Program-made: the position numbers and the translations under genes | Shown here: one piece after another, positions 63,170 through 64,000 of the stretch | How the letters are laid out: the number at the start of each line of letters is the position of its first letter | Position numbering within the stretch: the first letter of the stretch is position 1 | Notes under the pieces: generated by a model | Told to the model about the DNA's origin: nothing | Database searches by the model: none | What the model saw: the letters and a program-made list of their open reading frames with translations, nothing else | Assembly: GCA_030390025.1 (NCBI GenBank) | Contig: CM059425.1 | Coordinates: 171,184,001-171,248,000 of the forward strand | Direction of reading: 5' to 3' | Source: Squalus acanthias | Lineage: Eukaryota | DNA length: 64,000 nucleotides

Positions 63170-64000
63170 ATAGAAACATAGAAGATAGGAGCAGGAGTAG
63201 GCCATTCGGCCCCTCGAGCCTGCTCCGCCATTTGATGAGATCATGGCTGATCATCCAAACTCAGTACCCAGTCCCTGCCTTCTCCCCATATTCCTTGATA
63301 CCTTTAGCCTTAAGAAATATATCTAAATCCTTCTTGAATATATTTACTGACTTGGCCTCAACTGCCTTCTGTGGTAGAGAATTCCACAGGTTCACCACTC
63401 TCTGGGTGAAGTAATTCCTCCTCATCTCTGTCCTAAATGGCTTACCCCTTATCTTTAGACTGTGACCTCTTGTTCTGGACTCACCCGCCATCGGGAACAT
63501 CCTTCCTGCATCCAGTCTGTCTAGCCCTGTTAGAATTTTATAAGTTTCAATGAGATCCCCTCTCATTCTTCTAAACTCTAGCGAATATAAGCCTAATCGA
63601 CCCAATCTCTCCTCATACATCATTCCTGCCATCCCAGGTATCAGTCTGGTAAATCTTCGCTGCACTCCCTCCATGGCAAGAACATCCTTCCTCAGATAAG
63701 GCGACCAAAACTGCACACAATACTCAAGGTGTGGTCTCACCAAGGCCCTGTACAGCTGCAGCAAGACATCCTTGTTCCTGTACTCAAACCCTCTCGCTAC
63801 GAAGGCCAACATACCATTTGCCTTCTTAACCGCCTGCTGCACCTGCATGCTTACCTTCAGCGACTGGTGCACAAGGACACCCAGGTTTTGTTGCACTTCC
63901 CCTTCTCCCAATCGATTGCCATTCAGATAATAATCTGCCTTTCTGTTTTTGACACCAAAGTGGATAACCTCGCATTTATCCACATTATACTTGCATCTGC
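63170..64000 (-). mobile_element. CR1 3' end (continues beyond the window)
   Basis: ORF 63261-63983, closely similar to the C-terminus of the 46464-49022 ORF. Confidence 0.95.

Overview
Vertebrate genomic DNA. A cartilaginous fish is inferred from the repeat repertoire, not proven. The only intact host coding sequence is exon 1 of ephrin-A5 (EFNA5; minus strand, 2334-2216, GT donor), with its CpG-rich promoter region at about 2.9-3.6 kb. The ~60 kb upstream is a deeply nested pile of transposable elements: many CR1 LINEs, two copies of a second CR1/L2-group LINE that seems to lack ORF1 (one with a tRNA-like head), L2, RTE, a possible L1 remnant, tRNA-derived SINEs, a decayed Gypsy pol, Penelope-like GIY-YIG elements, and four decayed Harbinger/PIF elements (transposase plus convergent spliced Myb/SANT gene) with MITE derivatives showing 3-bp TSDs. 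Highlights: (1) three minimal hammerhead ribozyme motifs at Penelope-type ends, one a 104-nt insertion with a 13-bp TSD and two showing a compensatory helix I change; (2) a captured TXNL4A/Dim1 5' fragment inside a CR1 piece inside a Harbinger; (3) a CR1 with a twin-priming-type 5' inversion; (4) the tRNA-headed single-ORF LINE. TE boundaries are approximate unless TIRs or TSDs are quoted. No database searches were run.
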